IMG/VR virus record: IMGVR_UViG_3300011339_000663
Span: 1-35,777 of that record
Source: a virus
Lineage: Duplodnaviria > Caudoviricetes
Strand: one strand, 5' to 3'
Length of the DNA stretch: 35,777 bases
Part shown: piece by piece, positions 19,200 through 28,020 of the stretch
How the letters are laid out: every line of letters begins with the position of its first letter
Numbering within the stretch: the first letter of the stretch is position 1
Position numbers and translations under genes: made by a program
The notes under the pieces: model-generated
What the model saw: the letters and a program-made list of their open reading frames with translations, nothing else
What the model was told of the DNA's origin: nothing
Database searches by the model: none

Positions 19200-19434
19200 T
19201 GGCTCTGTTCATATACCACTGAGCCTTTTTCAGGTCTTCCAATTTGCTTCCCTTCTTGCCAGCTCTGTTGATGTACTTGACTACATTGCCCAAAGCAAAG
19301 TCAAGATTCCAAGCTTCAATCACCTTGATAGCCTCATAAGGGTTATCCTCTCCTCCATAATGCTGAGGATGGTCAATTAAGATGTTGGCTTGTTGCTTGC
19401 TTACTTCTCCAAAGTAGTCTGTAATTGCACCCAT
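19177..19434 (-). CDS. DUF3310 family protein
   Basis: IDHPQHY, GNVVKYINRAGKK, EDLKKAQWY. Confidence 0.9.
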   Translation of the reverse strand: MGAITDYFGEVSKQQANILIDHPQHYGGEDNPYEAIKVIEAWNLDFALGNVVKYINRAGKKGSKLEDLKKAQWYMNRAIEQAEKF

Positions 19435-19649
19435 TACTTGTCTTTTGAAATTAAGTGATAATAGACTCTGTAAGTCAGGAATAAGACAGCCACAGCATTA
19501 AGGCTGATGTTTACCCAATTAACTTGCTCACCTTCCTCCGGTATAATTGATTGAGCCACAAGAGTCATAAAGACTCCTGCCATAATTCCAAGGCTCAAAA
19601 AGAGCAGCTTATTTTTCAATTGTAGATTTTCCATACTGCAAGTTACCAA
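19434..19649 (-). CDS. Two-TM hypothetical protein
   Basis: Hydrophobic helices; coupled to neighbours. Confidence 0.65.
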   Translation of the reverse strand: MVTCSMENLQLKNKLLFLSLGIMAGVFMTLVAQSIIPEEGEQVNWVNISLNAVAVLFLTYRVYYHLISKDK

Positions 19650-19867
19650 GAATAATATAAAGGCTTAGGATCATCAACTTCATTCAATGTAGTAAGCCTG
19701 AAATCATCAATTGATTTGTAAAGTTTGTCCTTGTAAAGATACCCAGCAACTCTTGGCCTTGTCCTCATATTTATCAGTTCAGCCTTAATCAATACATCAT
19801 TGCAATCAATATGACCTTCATGGTCAATTATCCAGTCAATTAGTTCCTGAATCTGAGTCCTTTGCAT
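19643..19867 (-). CDS. Hypothetical protein
   Basis: Operon packing; preceded by TACATTTG. Confidence 0.7.
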   Translation of the reverse strand: MQRTQIQELIDWIIDHEGHIDCNDVLIKAELINMRTRPRVAGYLYKDKLYKSIDDFRLTTLNEVDDPKPLYYSW

Positions 19868-19871
19868 GGAG

Positions 19872-19879
19872 CAAATGTA
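19872..19879 (-). promoter_or_regulatory. -7 promoter element TACATTTG, 4 nt before ATG 19867
   Basis: Exact TAnnTTTG match on minus strand. Confidence 0.6.
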
Positions 19880-19906
19880 AAATTATTTATAATATACATA
19901 AGATGG

Positions 19907-20119
19907 TTATCGGTAATGCGAAATGTTCCCAAATTCAGCATTGGCGGTTTTGGCCATTTGCAATTCTGCTTTTTGCTTCGGAGTTATAACATTATAAAAT
20001 ATTGTTCTGTTAAGACCAAGTTTGTCCAATGCCTTGCAGATTGTTGTGCCTTCCTCAACAAGTCCAATCACCTTTGAGAAATTCTCATGGACTAATTTTT
20101 GATATTGTTCAGATGCCAT
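19907..20119 (-). CDS. Small HTH-like DNA-binding protein
   Basis: GTTICKALDKLGLNRTIFY helix-turn-helix pattern. Confidence 0.6.
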   Translation of the reverse strand: MASEQYQKLVHENFSKVIGLVEEGTTICKALDKLGLNRTIFYNVITPKQKAELQMAKTANAEFGNISHYR

Positions 20120-20318
20120 TCATTATATCGTTTAGTTGATTGAAAATTGCATCCTGAGACTCTCCCCAAAACATTTCACAAGAGAACCATCCATCCGAAG
20201 TCTTGCCAGGGACAGTTACAAAGTAAGACTGCCTGTATTCATTAGGCTTGGCTGTGAACCTCTCACACTGTTCTTTGATTGGGCAATCAGTGCCTTCACA
20301 CATTGCTATGTCTGCCAT
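20109..20318 (-). CDS. Small Cys-containing hypothetical protein
   Basis: MADIAMC..CPIKEQCERF..QSYF..CEMFW. Confidence 0.75.
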   Translation of the reverse strand: MADIAMCEGTDCPIKEQCERFTAKPNEYRQSYFVTVPGKTSDGWFSCEMFWGESQDAIFNQLNDIMNGI

Positions 20319-20333
20319 TGTTTAATTGTTTAG

Positions 20334-20423
20334 TCGCTGGTGAAGGACTCGAACCTCCATCTGCCGATTATGAGTCAGCCTGTTACCCAAGGTGCTATTT
20401 ATTCGCACTTACACCAACCAGCA
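20334..20423 (-). tRNA. Atypical tRNA with CAT anticodon (Ile2 or Met) and D-loop insertion
   Basis: Acceptor TGCTGGT/ACCAGCG, T-arm GGAGG-TTCGAGT-CCTTC, anticodon arm GCTGA-CT-CAT-AA-TCGGC; no encoded CCA. Confidence 0.8.
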
Positions 20424-20428
20424 AAGGT

Positions 20429-20590
20429 TTATTTATCGTTAATCATCGAAAGGATTATGTGCCTAAGATACTTCAGCATAGCCATTGCACCTTTATAATA
20501 TTCTTGGTTAAGTTTATCATTGGCTTGCATCCAGCCTTTCTGCTTGATTTCCTTGTCAATTATGATGACCAGTTGCTTCAGTTGATCCAT
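20429..20590 (-). CDS. 53-aa hypothetical protein (MDQLKQLVII..., not in ORF track)
   Basis: ATG 20590 to TAA 20429; fills the gap upstream of the tRNA. Confidence 0.6.
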   Translation of the reverse strand: MDQLKQLVIIIDKEIKQKGWMQANDKLNQEYYKGAMAMLKYLRHIILSMINDK

Positions 20591-20765
20591 TGAGTTTAAG
20601 GTTTTTTAGTTCCTCTTTCATTGTCTCCTGTTCAATGCAGTACTCTCTTATAATTCTTCTTAAAACTATTGAGGCATTCTGCTGGCCTACTGCCACAAGC
20701 CATCTGTCTTTTTCTTCATCCGTGCAGGATGCTGTTATCTTGTTGTAAAGTTTCTCTCTTGCCAT
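20556..20765 (-). CDS. Ribbon-helix-helix-like small DNA-binding protein
   Basis: KITASCTDEEK...ASIVLRRIIREY pattern. Confidence 0.55.
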   Translation of the reverse strand: MAREKLYNKITASCTDEEKDRWLVAVGQQNASIVLRRIIREYCIEQETMKEELKNLKLNGSTEATGHHN

Positions 20766-20767
20766 TA

Positions 20768-21466
20768 TTATTTGAATTTAGATGTTGAATTGCGACCTCC
20801 AATGTGTCTGACATAACCTCTGAGTAATGAAGCACCCCGAAATCCATGCTCTAAATACTTAGCATTAGCATCAATCTCAGACTTGCATGGGTTATGTGGT
20901 AAGAAATAGGTAAAGCTGCTGAATGCTCCAATCTCTTTGTAGTCCTTGAGTCTTCTTAGACCAGGATTCCAAGTGAATCCATGCCATGTGGATCGGTGAT
21001 TAAGTTTTAGCAGAATGTATTTAGTTCCTTTGTTTGTGGTCAAAGGATGTCCAATTACTGGATGACCATTGCGGTCAGCAGGATACCTAAGCCATACACA
21101 AGCAATGGAAGCATTATCCTTCAGGACATCTTTAGAAGCCTGTATAAAGCCATAAGCATCAAACTCCCAGTCATCCTCGCAATGGAATATGTAATCAGTT
21201 TCAACAAGCTTATACATCTTGTCAATGGCATTCACTTGGCCTACATTCTCAGAGAATAACCAAATAGGCATCAGCTTCCATTCCTCATAAACACATTGAT
21301 CAAGAAGCCTTCTGAATTCTGAAGGAACAGAGCCTGAATCCTCATGAATTATAAACTCATAAGGAGGCACATCATCCCAAAACTGCAATAGGCTTGTAAC
21401 TGTCTTTTCAAGTAAGTCAAACCTCTTGTAAGATGTCAGACATATGGTTACATTACTGGTAGACAT
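20768..21466 (-). CDS. Glycosyltransferase, GT-A fold (family 2-like)
   Basis: ICLTSYKRFDLL, IHEDSG, YIFHCEDDW, VRHIG. Confidence 0.85.
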   Translation of the reverse strand: MSTSNVTICLTSYKRFDLLEKTVTSLLQFWDDVPPYEFIIHEDSGSVPSEFRRLLDQCVYEEWKLMPIWLFSENVGQVNAIDKMYKLVETDYIFHCEDDWEFDAYGFIQASKDVLKDNASIACVWLRYPADRNGHPVIGHPLTTNKGTKYILLKLNHRSTWHGFTWNPGLRRLKDYKEIGAFSSFTYFLPHNPCKSEIDANAKYLEHGFRGASLLRGYVRHIGGRNSTSKFK

Positions 21467-21578
21467 AAGCTATGAACTTAATGATTAGCAAGCCTGCAAG
21501 AATAATATAGACTGAATAGGTCAGGGCTATGACTAAAGCCTGCTTAAGACCTTCTTTTATTTCTCTGTTCATGGTCAT
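21453..21578 (-). CDS. 41-aa single-TM protein (not in ORF track)
   Basis: MTMNREIKEGLKQALVIALTYSVYIILAGLLIIKFIAYVYQ; ATGA overlap. Confidence 0.55.
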   Translation of the reverse strand: MTMNREIKEGLKQALVIALTYSVYIILAGLLIIKFIAYVYQ

Positions 21579-21883
21579 ACAAAGTAGAGGTTATCAATCA
21601 GAGTCAATTTATCACCTTTTTGAAATTGTTTTAACTGACCTCCAAAAGCCTTGACCTGAGCATCAAATTGCTCCGGGGTAATGTGAATGCCATAGATCAT
21701 CATGCTAAATGGATGAGCATTAAATGTGTATGAAATGCGCCATTCATCTGCAAGTTCATATACTACAACATTGCCACCATAACGATAGACAGCTTCTTGA
21801 ATCTCTTTAAGGTCTTCTGAAAAGATGTCAATGAATATGCCATTGCCTGGCATCTCAATTACTTTTGCTTTTTCTGTATTCAT
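21575..21883 (-). CDS. Hypothetical early protein
   Basis: ATG 21883 (MNTEK) with A-rich leader, downstream of promoter. Confidence 0.7.
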   Translation of the reverse strand: MNTEKAKVIEMPGNGIFIDIFSEDLKEIQEAVYRYGGNVVVYELADEWRISYTFNAHPFSMMIYGIHITPEQFDAQVKAFGGQLKQFQKGDKLTLIDNLYFV

Positions 21884-21906
21884 TTTTTTTTGGTTAGATT
21901 TGAATG

Positions 21907-21937
21907 CAATAGTAAACAATGGTTTTTTATCTGCAAA
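21907..21937 (-). promoter_or_regulatory. Bacteroidota sigma-A type promoter TTTG-N19-TACTATTG
   Basis: Same spacing and flanking sequence as 28064-28094. Confidence 0.65.
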
Positions 21938-21955
21938 ATTATTTGTAAAATATTT

Positions 21956-22495
21956 ATGCCAGTCTATGATTCCACATCTGCCTTCCTGAAGCAACAGCTT
22001 AAGAACTTCAGTGATGCCTCTAAAGCCAATAAGGTTCTTAGGGCTGCTGCTGTTTATGCTGCTCCGGCAGTGCAGGGAAGAGTCCAGCAGGAAGGTAAGA
22101 AATCAGATGGCACAAGCCTGCCTCCTTATGACTCAGGTAAATCTTTTAGTACATCAAGTCCAATAGGTAAGAGGTTTGGTGATGTTGCCAACAAGAGACA
22201 ACAGAAAGCCTTTGGCGGTGGTGATTCATTTGGAAGCTATAAGGAATTCAGGCAGAAGTTAGGCAGGCAGACTGCTTACATGGACTTGACATTAACCGGA
22301 GACATGTGGGCAAGTTGGAGGCCAATACCTATTTCAGATCAAGCTTATGGTGTTACCTTTGTCTCAGCCGAACAAAATAAGATTGCAGGCTACTTAGAGG
22401 AAAGATTTGGGGCTATCTTTGAACTTACTGATAAAGAACTTGACCAAAGCCTGCAAACCATCAACAGACTTGCAATCGAATATCTCAAAAGATGA
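21956..22495 (+). CDS. Putative neck/tail-completion (virion morphogenesis) protein
   Basis: ATG 21956; GK.SDG..L.PY and DLTLTGDM motifs. Confidence 0.6.
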   Translation: MPVYDSTSAFLKQQLKNFSDASKANKVLRAAAVYAAPAVQGRVQQEGKKSDGTSLPPYDSGKSFSTSSPIGKRFGDVANKRQQKAFGGGDSFGSYKEFRQKLGRQTAYMDLTLTGDMWASWRPIPISDQAYGVTFVSAEQNKIAGYLEERFGAIFELTDKELDQSLQTINRLAIEYLKR

Positions 22496-22980
22496 AGCTT
22501 ACTAAAGTAACCGTAGAGAGTGCAATTGCAGACTTATGCAATAATCTGTCTGCCACTTATCCTGGCAATCAGATGCTCAATTATGGGGAGGCTGTTGAGA
22601 GCATTATTGAGAATCAAGCAGGCAATTATGTGACCAAGGATGGTACAACTTATTGCGCTGTAAATGACACATACAAGCTTGTTTTATTCTTGGTTAGGGA
22701 ATCAGCCTCAGTAGAGCAACAGCCAGCAGGAGGCAGAGCCAATAGCCTGCTTAGGACTGTCAGAATTAAGCTTGTCGCAAACACAACATTAGAAAGTGCA
22801 GAATTTGCACTAACTTCAATAATCAACCGAACTAAAGGCATCACATATGAGGCCACAGATTATGACTCAAAAGCCATCGCAAGACAGTACTTCGGACTTG
22901 AGGAGAGGAACTTTGAAACAGCATTCTTCACAATTGACCTCTCGATTACCGAAAGGATTAACTGTGAAGTTGCCTGTTGA
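22492..22980 (+). CDS. Putative tail terminator/neck protein
   Basis: Size and position after tail-completion gene; ATGA overlap. Confidence 0.5.
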   Translation: MKLTKVTVESAIADLCNNLSATYPGNQMLNYGEAVESIIENQAGNYVTKDGTTYCAVNDTYKLVLFLVRESASVEQQPAGGRANSLLRTVRIKLVANTTLESAEFALTSIINRTKGITYEATDYDSKAIARQYFGLEERNFETAFFTIDLSITERINCEVAC

Positions 22981-23629
22981 TGCAATCTATTTTATAAGTC
23001 TTAAAAAGACTCCTGTTAGGAAGGTCAAGATGATTGAGCATCTTAATGCCATTGGTTTGACTGATAAAAATGGCAATCAGGCTCAGTTGCATGTTGCCAA
23101 TGATGGCAACTTTATCAAGCATCGAATTGACAACAGCCTTAAGATAAAGCATAAGAGGTCTAAGATGAGCATTTCAGAAATTGGATGCTGTGCCTCTCAT
23201 CGGGAAGTATGGCAAAAGCAAATTGACCAGGGTCTTGAATATGTCTTGGTGTTGGAAGATGATGCAAGGTTTGATGTTGATAAGCTTATTGAGTTGGCTA
23301 CAAATTGGAGTCATCTGCCTGAGTTTGAATTGTTGCATCTTAGTTGGGAGTATTATGCAGGCTATGGAGAGCAGACAATTGAAAAGGTAGAGATTGATGC
23401 TTTGCCTAACCTTTGGAAAGGAAATGGCATGTGGCTAACCCATGCCTACATCCTGAGCCTATCAGGGGCTAAGATTTATGAGGAAAGAACAAGGGTTCAG
23501 AATAATGGGCTTGATGGCATGACTTCAGTCATTCAATCAGACATGCTTGCTTATGGATTTAAGCCAGGAATTGCAAGCCAAGAAACAGTAATAGGGAAAA
23601 TGAAATCCACTATTCATCATACAGGGTAA
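22964..23629 (+). CDS. Glycosyltransferase family 25
   Basis: IYFISL....R, SEIGCCASHREVW, VLEDDA, THAYILS; probable GTG start 22964. Confidence 0.88.
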   Translation: MKLPVDAIYFISLKKTPVRKVKMIEHLNAIGLTDKNGNQAQLHVANDGNFIKHRIDNSLKIKHKRSKMSISEIGCCASHREVWQKQIDQGLEYVLVLEDDARFDVDKLIELATNWSHLPEFELLHLSWEYYAGYGEQTIEKVEIDALPNLWKGNGMWLTHAYILSLSGAKIYEERTRVQNNGLDGMTSVIQSDMLAYGFKPGIASQETVIGKMKSTIHHTG

Positions 23630-23648
23630 TCTTTTAAACAATTATAAA

Positions 23649-24095
23649 ATGGATAATTTACAGTACATCAGAGATGCTGTTAGGCAGCATGGAAATCGGG
23701 TTCAGGTAAAAGTAATTCGGTGGCAAATCAATCCAACAACAGGCGCACAAGACATTCCCTATGAAGTGTCTGTCAATGGGCAGATTGCTCTAAGGGAATT
23801 ATCTAAGCCAATCAACAAAAGGTCTTTTAGCTGGAACAGAATTAGACCAATTGGTGATCTTTACATCGGAAAGGCTAATATTCCAAGCGACCAAAACTCA
23901 CTCAGCAGTCCTGAATTGCTTTCTAAACTTAAGGAAGAACTTAAGGCACAAGTAAGAGCAGAACTTGAGGCTGAAATGACTGCCGAAGCAGAAGAAAAGC
24001 CAAAGCGCAAAAAGAAATCAGTTGAAGAGTCAGGTGATGAGCCTACTTTGGACACTGCTGCCCTATTCGATTCATTTAGCAATCCACAAATATGA
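23649..24095 (+). CDS. Hypothetical protein, head operon
   Basis: Charged C-terminal coil; coupled to scaffold gene. Confidence 0.7.
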   Translation: MDNLQYIRDAVRQHGNRVQVKVIRWQINPTTGAQDIPYEVSVNGQIALRELSKPINKRSFSWNRIRPIGDLYIGKANIPSDQNSLSSPELLSKLKEELKAQVRAELEAEMTAEAEEKPKRKKKSVEESGDEPTLDTAALFDSFSNPQI

Positions 24096-24997
24096 GCATG
24101 AACATTAAAGAGTTTTTGATTTCTCAGGCTAAGAGAGCCGGAGTATCAGATGATCCTGAATTCAACTTAATGATTTCAGCATCTGTCCTGAATGACATTC
24201 AAGTGCCGGAGGCAGTGAGCAATAAGTTCAATACCAATCTGTATGATTTTGAACTTGCCAAGACAAGCCTTGATTTAAAAAAGCATTTCATCAGCAACTA
24301 CATGATGGGATATGATGAGGAGATTGTCAGGATGGCAAAGGAGTATGGCCTTGATGGCAATGCCGTTGAGGAACTTAAAGTGACTAAGAATTCAGGAGAT
24401 AAGATTAAGCTTGCTCTAAAGAAGATGAAGGAACTTGAGGAGAAGGCAAAGAACTCAGTAAACTCCAACCAATCTGAGGAGTTCTTGAAAAAGATGTCTG
24501 AGGCTCAATCTAAATATGATGACCTCGTGAGCAAAGCAGAAGCCGACAAGTCACTAATTGAGCAGAGATATGTTTCCAAGATGAAGCAACTTTGGGAGCA
24601 GACTCAGCTTAATGGCATCCAATGGAATGACCAAATCCCTGAAGCTGCAAGAATTCCTGCTTACCAGGCAGTACTTGATCGCAAGCTTCATCAATTAGAT
24701 GGTCAGATTATTTATGATGCTGAAAGGAATGCTGCTAAGTTGGTGAATGCTAAAGACCCATCTTTGCCGTTAGTACATAATGGAAGAGAGTTTAGTTATT
24801 CTGACTTATCTGCATTAGTTTTGCAGGAGAATAAGTTGTTAAAAGAAGCTGGTCAAGGTGGCACTAACTCAGCATCTTTTGCAGCAGGCACACAATCATT
24901 CCCGACTGCACCAGTGGTGAGTCAAGGCACACAACTTCCGGCATCAATTCGTTCTGCCTTAGCGCAGATTGAGAACACTGCTGCCAAAATGCGTTAA
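24092..24997 (+). CDS. Capsid scaffolding protein
   Basis: Coiled-coil protein directly upstream of capsid gene; low-complexity C-terminus. Confidence 0.7.
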   Translation: MSMNIKEFLISQAKRAGVSDDPEFNLMISASVLNDIQVPEAVSNKFNTNLYDFELAKTSLDLKKHFISNYMMGYDEEIVRMAKEYGLDGNAVEELKVTKNSGDKIKLALKKMKELEEKAKNSVNSNQSEEFLKKMSEAQSKYDDLVSKAEADKSLIEQRYVSKMKQLWEQTQLNGIQWNDQIPEAARIPAYQAVLDRKLHQLDGQIIYDAERNAAKLVNAKDPSLPLVHNGREFSYSDLSALVLQENKLLKEAGQGGTNSASFAAGTQSFPTAPVVSQGTQLPASIRSALAQIENTAAKMR

Positions 24998-25011
24998 TCC
25001 ATTTTAATACA

Positions 25012-26139
25012 ATGTCATTATCAACAGCTAATGTCTGTCCAGCGATATTAACCTCGCTTTCAGACAACCTAATAAACAATCCTGCCAATGTGCAGATTAT
25101 GGGAGGCACACTTGCTGCCCTTACCGATCCTTCTAACCTTCGTGCAGGCCAAATCATTCGTCAAGCTAATGACAATGGAAGCGGTCACACTAAAGAGGTT
25201 CGTGTAGTTTACAAGCAGCGTCAGCTTGCCTCAGATGCAGTGGACACTAAGAGTTGCGAAGCTGGTCCTCAGATGAACTACATCGAGGAAACTTTGCAAA
25301 TCAATAACTTCAAGCAAGTTTCATTTACTCTTAGCGAGGCTCAACTTCGTACTTTTTGTGACAGCTATTCGCAATTGGTGCAATTGACAGGGAGTTCCAG
25401 TCCGGGACAAATTGCCGAGAGAGCAAATGGAATTGGTGCTGCTCAAGGAGCACTTTCAGTTGTTCGTGAGATGTTCGTAGATGTTCAACTATCTGCCAAT
25501 GCTCTTGTGCAGGCAATTAACATTGACCTTCTTGGTCAAATTCAATCTGCTGCCGGTAACTGGTATGGAGGTGCAACAAATCCATCTTACACAGTAGAAG
25601 GTGCAGATGGTTCAATCTATGCTGCTGGTCTGTTTAACATGAAGCAAAACTACATGAACACAGGCTTTAACGGTTCTCCAATCATCATCGGTGGTGCAGG
25701 CGCACTTCAAAGAGTTTGGATGAATGATTCTCGCTATTTCGGACAAGGTGCTAATGGTATTAATTTCTCAACTGTTCGTGATAACACCGGACTTGCTGAG
25801 TTCTATTTTGATTCCAATGCCAATACCATCCTTGGTGATGAAGATGCAGCTATCGTTTTTGCTCCTGGTTCAATTGTTTACACTCCGTTCCTTGAGTATG
25901 TTGGTAACTTTGGAAACATCGGTACAATGACTCGCTTCACAATGCCATTGCCTGGTTTGGAAAGAGTTTCTATTGATTGTCGAATTCTTCCATCGGAATG
26001 TGAGGAGACTTACAGTTTCTTCATGCAGCACTATTATGACACATATTCACCAGGTACTTCAATGTTTCCTGCTGGAGATGCTAATGAAGGTGTGAATGGG
26101 GTATTTACTGCTGATTTCGTTACAGCTGTTGCTCCATAA
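25012..26139 (+). CDS. Major capsid protein
   Basis: 375 aa after scaffold, followed by strong terminator; CGT-rich Arg usage suggests high expression. Confidence 0.78.
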   Translation: MSLSTANVCPAILTSLSDNLINNPANVQIMGGTLAALTDPSNLRAGQIIRQANDNGSGHTKEVRVVYKQRQLASDAVDTKSCEAGPQMNYIEETLQINNFKQVSFTLSEAQLRTFCDSYSQLVQLTGSSSPGQIAERANGIGAAQGALSVVREMFVDVQLSANALVQAINIDLLGQIQSAAGNWYGGATNPSYTVEGADGSIYAAGLFNMKQNYMNTGFNGSPIIIGGAGALQRVWMNDSRYFGQGANGINFSTVRDNTGLAEFYFDSNANTILGDEDAAIVFAPGSIVYTPFLEYVGNFGNIGTMTRFTMPLPGLERVSIDCRILPSECEETYSFFMQHYYDTYSPGTSMFPAGDANEGVNGVFTADFVTAVAP

Positions 26140-26155
26140 TCCTAATCTTTAGGAC

Positions 26156-26188
26156 AAAAAAAGAGGGAGGCCACAAGCCTCCCTTTTT
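26156..26188. terminator. Bidirectional intrinsic terminator
   Basis: A-run-AGGGAGGC-CACAA-GCCTCCCT-T-run between convergent genes. Confidence 0.85.
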
Positions 26189-26223
26189 CGTTCGGAATCG
26201 TTCAATACTAACCAAATTTAACA

Positions 26224-26727
26224 TTACCTAATGCTCAAACCTAAGTTCTCACGCATTTGCGCACCAGGTACATGTTCACCATCTTTAATAGCTTTGCCTA
26301 TCTCTGCTTTCCAAGGCTCTTTCTTGACAAGCCAAAAGGCCGGAGGAAGAGAAGCCTCATCAAGAATCTCAACTGAAACACTTTTGCGAGTTGATAGCTT
26401 TGCAAGTTTAGTCTCAAACCTTTTGACTCCTTTGCTATCCTCCTGCCCAAAGAGCATAAGAGCAGCAAGCAGGTTTTCTCTAAGCCTCTCAACTGTCTTA
26501 TCCTTTGCTTTCTTGATTGCCTGAATCCTTTTGAGTTCAGCACCTGCCTGATCTGATTCAGATTCAAGCTTAAGTATGAACTTGGCATAGGCCTCAGCCT
26601 TATGGCTAAAGTTCTCTCTCCTAATTGCCAAGTCCTCCATGAGTTCATCGGTGACCTCACCACCGTTCTCCTCCATCAGATTGATGAAGGAGAGTTCTTC
26701 TTGAGTTAGTTGCCAAAGTGATGCCAT
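26224..26727 (-). CDS. Siphovirus Gp157 family protein
   Basis: SLWQLT...KAEAYA...KSVSVEI...KAIKDGEHVPGA. Confidence 0.88.
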   Translation of the reverse strand: MASLWQLTQEELSFINLMEENGGEVTDELMEDLAIRRENFSHKAEAYAKFILKLESESDQAGAELKRIQAIKKAKDKTVERLRENLLAALMLFGQEDSKGVKRFETKLAKLSTRKSVSVEILDEASLPPAFWLVKKEPWKAEIGKAIKDGEHVPGAQMRENLGLSIR

Positions 26728-26730
26728 GAC

Positions 26731-27039
26731 TTATAATATGTGCTTTTTCATGTATGGATATTTCTTAACAGTCTCAACATACTGTTGCAACTGATATTCA
26801 GAAAAGTAGGCTCTCCCATTTACCATATGTGGAGTGATTCCTAATTTTTCAGCCTTATAGGAAAACCTATATTTATTTGCCCCTAAAATATTGCAAGCTT
26901 TACTTAAAGGAATCAAATTAATTCTTTTAGGCTGTGGAAAAGAGGCAGGATACAATGCTCTCTTTATGCATGATTGAATAATCAGTTCCAGTTCTTCAAA
27001 TGAAACTGGATAGCCTTCTACATCAATTACTTTTCTCAT
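26731..27039 (-). CDS. Excisionase/MerR-like HTH protein
   Basis: LIPLSKACNILG...GRAYFSEYQL. Confidence 0.55.
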   Translation of the reverse strand: MRKVIDVEGYPVSFEELELIIQSCIKRALYPASFPQPKRINLIPLSKACNILGANKYRFSYKAEKLGITPHMVNGRAYFSEYQLQQYVETVKKYPYMKKHIL

Positions 27040-27042
27040 GAC

Positions 27043-27702
27043 TTAAAAAGGAAGATCATCAATAAAGTCATCAACTGCATTCACAACTGCTGCTTGTGCC
27101 ACTTGTGTCACTTGTGCCACAGGCTTAGGCTGAAGCAATTGCTGAAACTCCTTAGAGCCTCTAACCATCTCCTTCATGAACTCAGGCATGGTGTCAAACT
27201 TAGCCTGGTTATAGTCAAGGACTGAAAACTCAAAAGTAGGGTTGATTTGGGCAGGGCATTCCATGCCTTTCATAACCGGACTAATGCTTGCAATCCTTTC
27301 ATAAACTTTTTCGGGGTTGCTCTTAGAAGCTTGATGGAATATAGAGATCATACAAGGCTTGCCAAGAAGCTTTGCTACATCAAACTCCTTTGCTTCATCT
27401 TCTGTGAATGCTTTGCCTCTCCAGCCTGTGAGCAATGCTCTGAGAGTGCTTTTCTCGTTCATGCTTAGTGTGACCTCCTTGCTAATGACACAAGGCTGCT
27501 CACCTTTGTCTGAATTGAAGCATCTAAGTTCTGTGGGTAATTCCCATGTAATACGGACAAGATTTGTCCACTTGTCTTCACCTAAGTAGGTCTGCTTAAC
27601 AGTACCTAAGTGAACCATTGAATAGCACCTTGCTAAGTAAGTGCCTGCTGGGATTAACTCTCTCTGAGTAGTCTCTCCTGATGATTTTGCGATAATTGCC
27701 AT
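27043..27702 (-). CDS. Putative single-stranded DNA-binding / replication protein
   Basis: IPAGTYLARC, LLGKPC, acidic tail DDLPF. Confidence 0.7.
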   Translation of the reverse strand: MAIIAKSSGETTQRELIPAGTYLARCYSMVHLGTVKQTYLGEDKWTNLVRITWELPTELRCFNSDKGEQPCVISKEVTLSMNEKSTLRALLTGWRGKAFTEDEAKEFDVAKLLGKPCMISIFHQASKSNPEKVYERIASISPVMKGMECPAQINPTFEFSVLDYNQAKFDTMPEFMKEMVRGSKEFQQLLQPKPVAQVTQVAQAAVVNAVDDFIDDLPF

Positions 27703-27715
27703 ATTTGGTTATAGA

Positions 27716-27811
27716 TTAAAAAGATGTGATTGCCATTGCGCCTAAGAGGAAGGCGAAGAATCTTAACAGATGATAAAGATTCTCTTTGAAAGGTGTTTCA
27801 GGAAGTTGCAT
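27716..27811 (-). CDS. 31-aa hydrophobic peptide (not in ORF track)
   Basis: MQLPETPFKENLYHLLRFFAFLLGAMAITSF fills the intergenic gap. Confidence 0.5.
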   Translation of the reverse strand: MQLPETPFKENLYHLLRFFAFLLGAMAITSF

Positions 27812-27816
27812 GATGA

Positions 27817-28020
27817 TTAGAATTTAAAGCTTTTAAGCTGTGCAAAATATGAGTCAGTCAAAAGGCTTGTAGCCATATCTTCTGAAACCTCATCAAATTC
27901 AAAGATGCTTAAAGAATAAGCCCATGTTTCAGGATGCTTAATGTTTCCAAAGCTTGAACAAGCATTTACAATTTGAAACTTGTAGTTTGAAAAATTTGCT
28001 GCGGTGATTACTGTTTTCAT
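27817..28020 (-). CDS. Hypothetical early protein
   Basis: First gene after consensus promoter. Confidence 0.65.
   Translation of the reverse strand: MKTVITAANFSNYKFQIVNACSSFGNIKHPETWAYSLSIFEFDEVSEDMATSLLTDSYFAQLKSFKF

Noticed and set aside
20279-20593. 104-aa plus-strand ORF
   Set aside because: It is the antisense reading of the tRNA (AGEGLEPP is typical) and adjacent minus-strand genes
26731-27039. Lysogeny module implied by excisionase-like HTH
   Set aside because: No integrase, att site or CI-like repressor recognised in the genome
27095-27120. 9-bp tandem repeat in the putative SSB gene
   Set aside because: In-frame VAQVTQVAQ low-complexity linker
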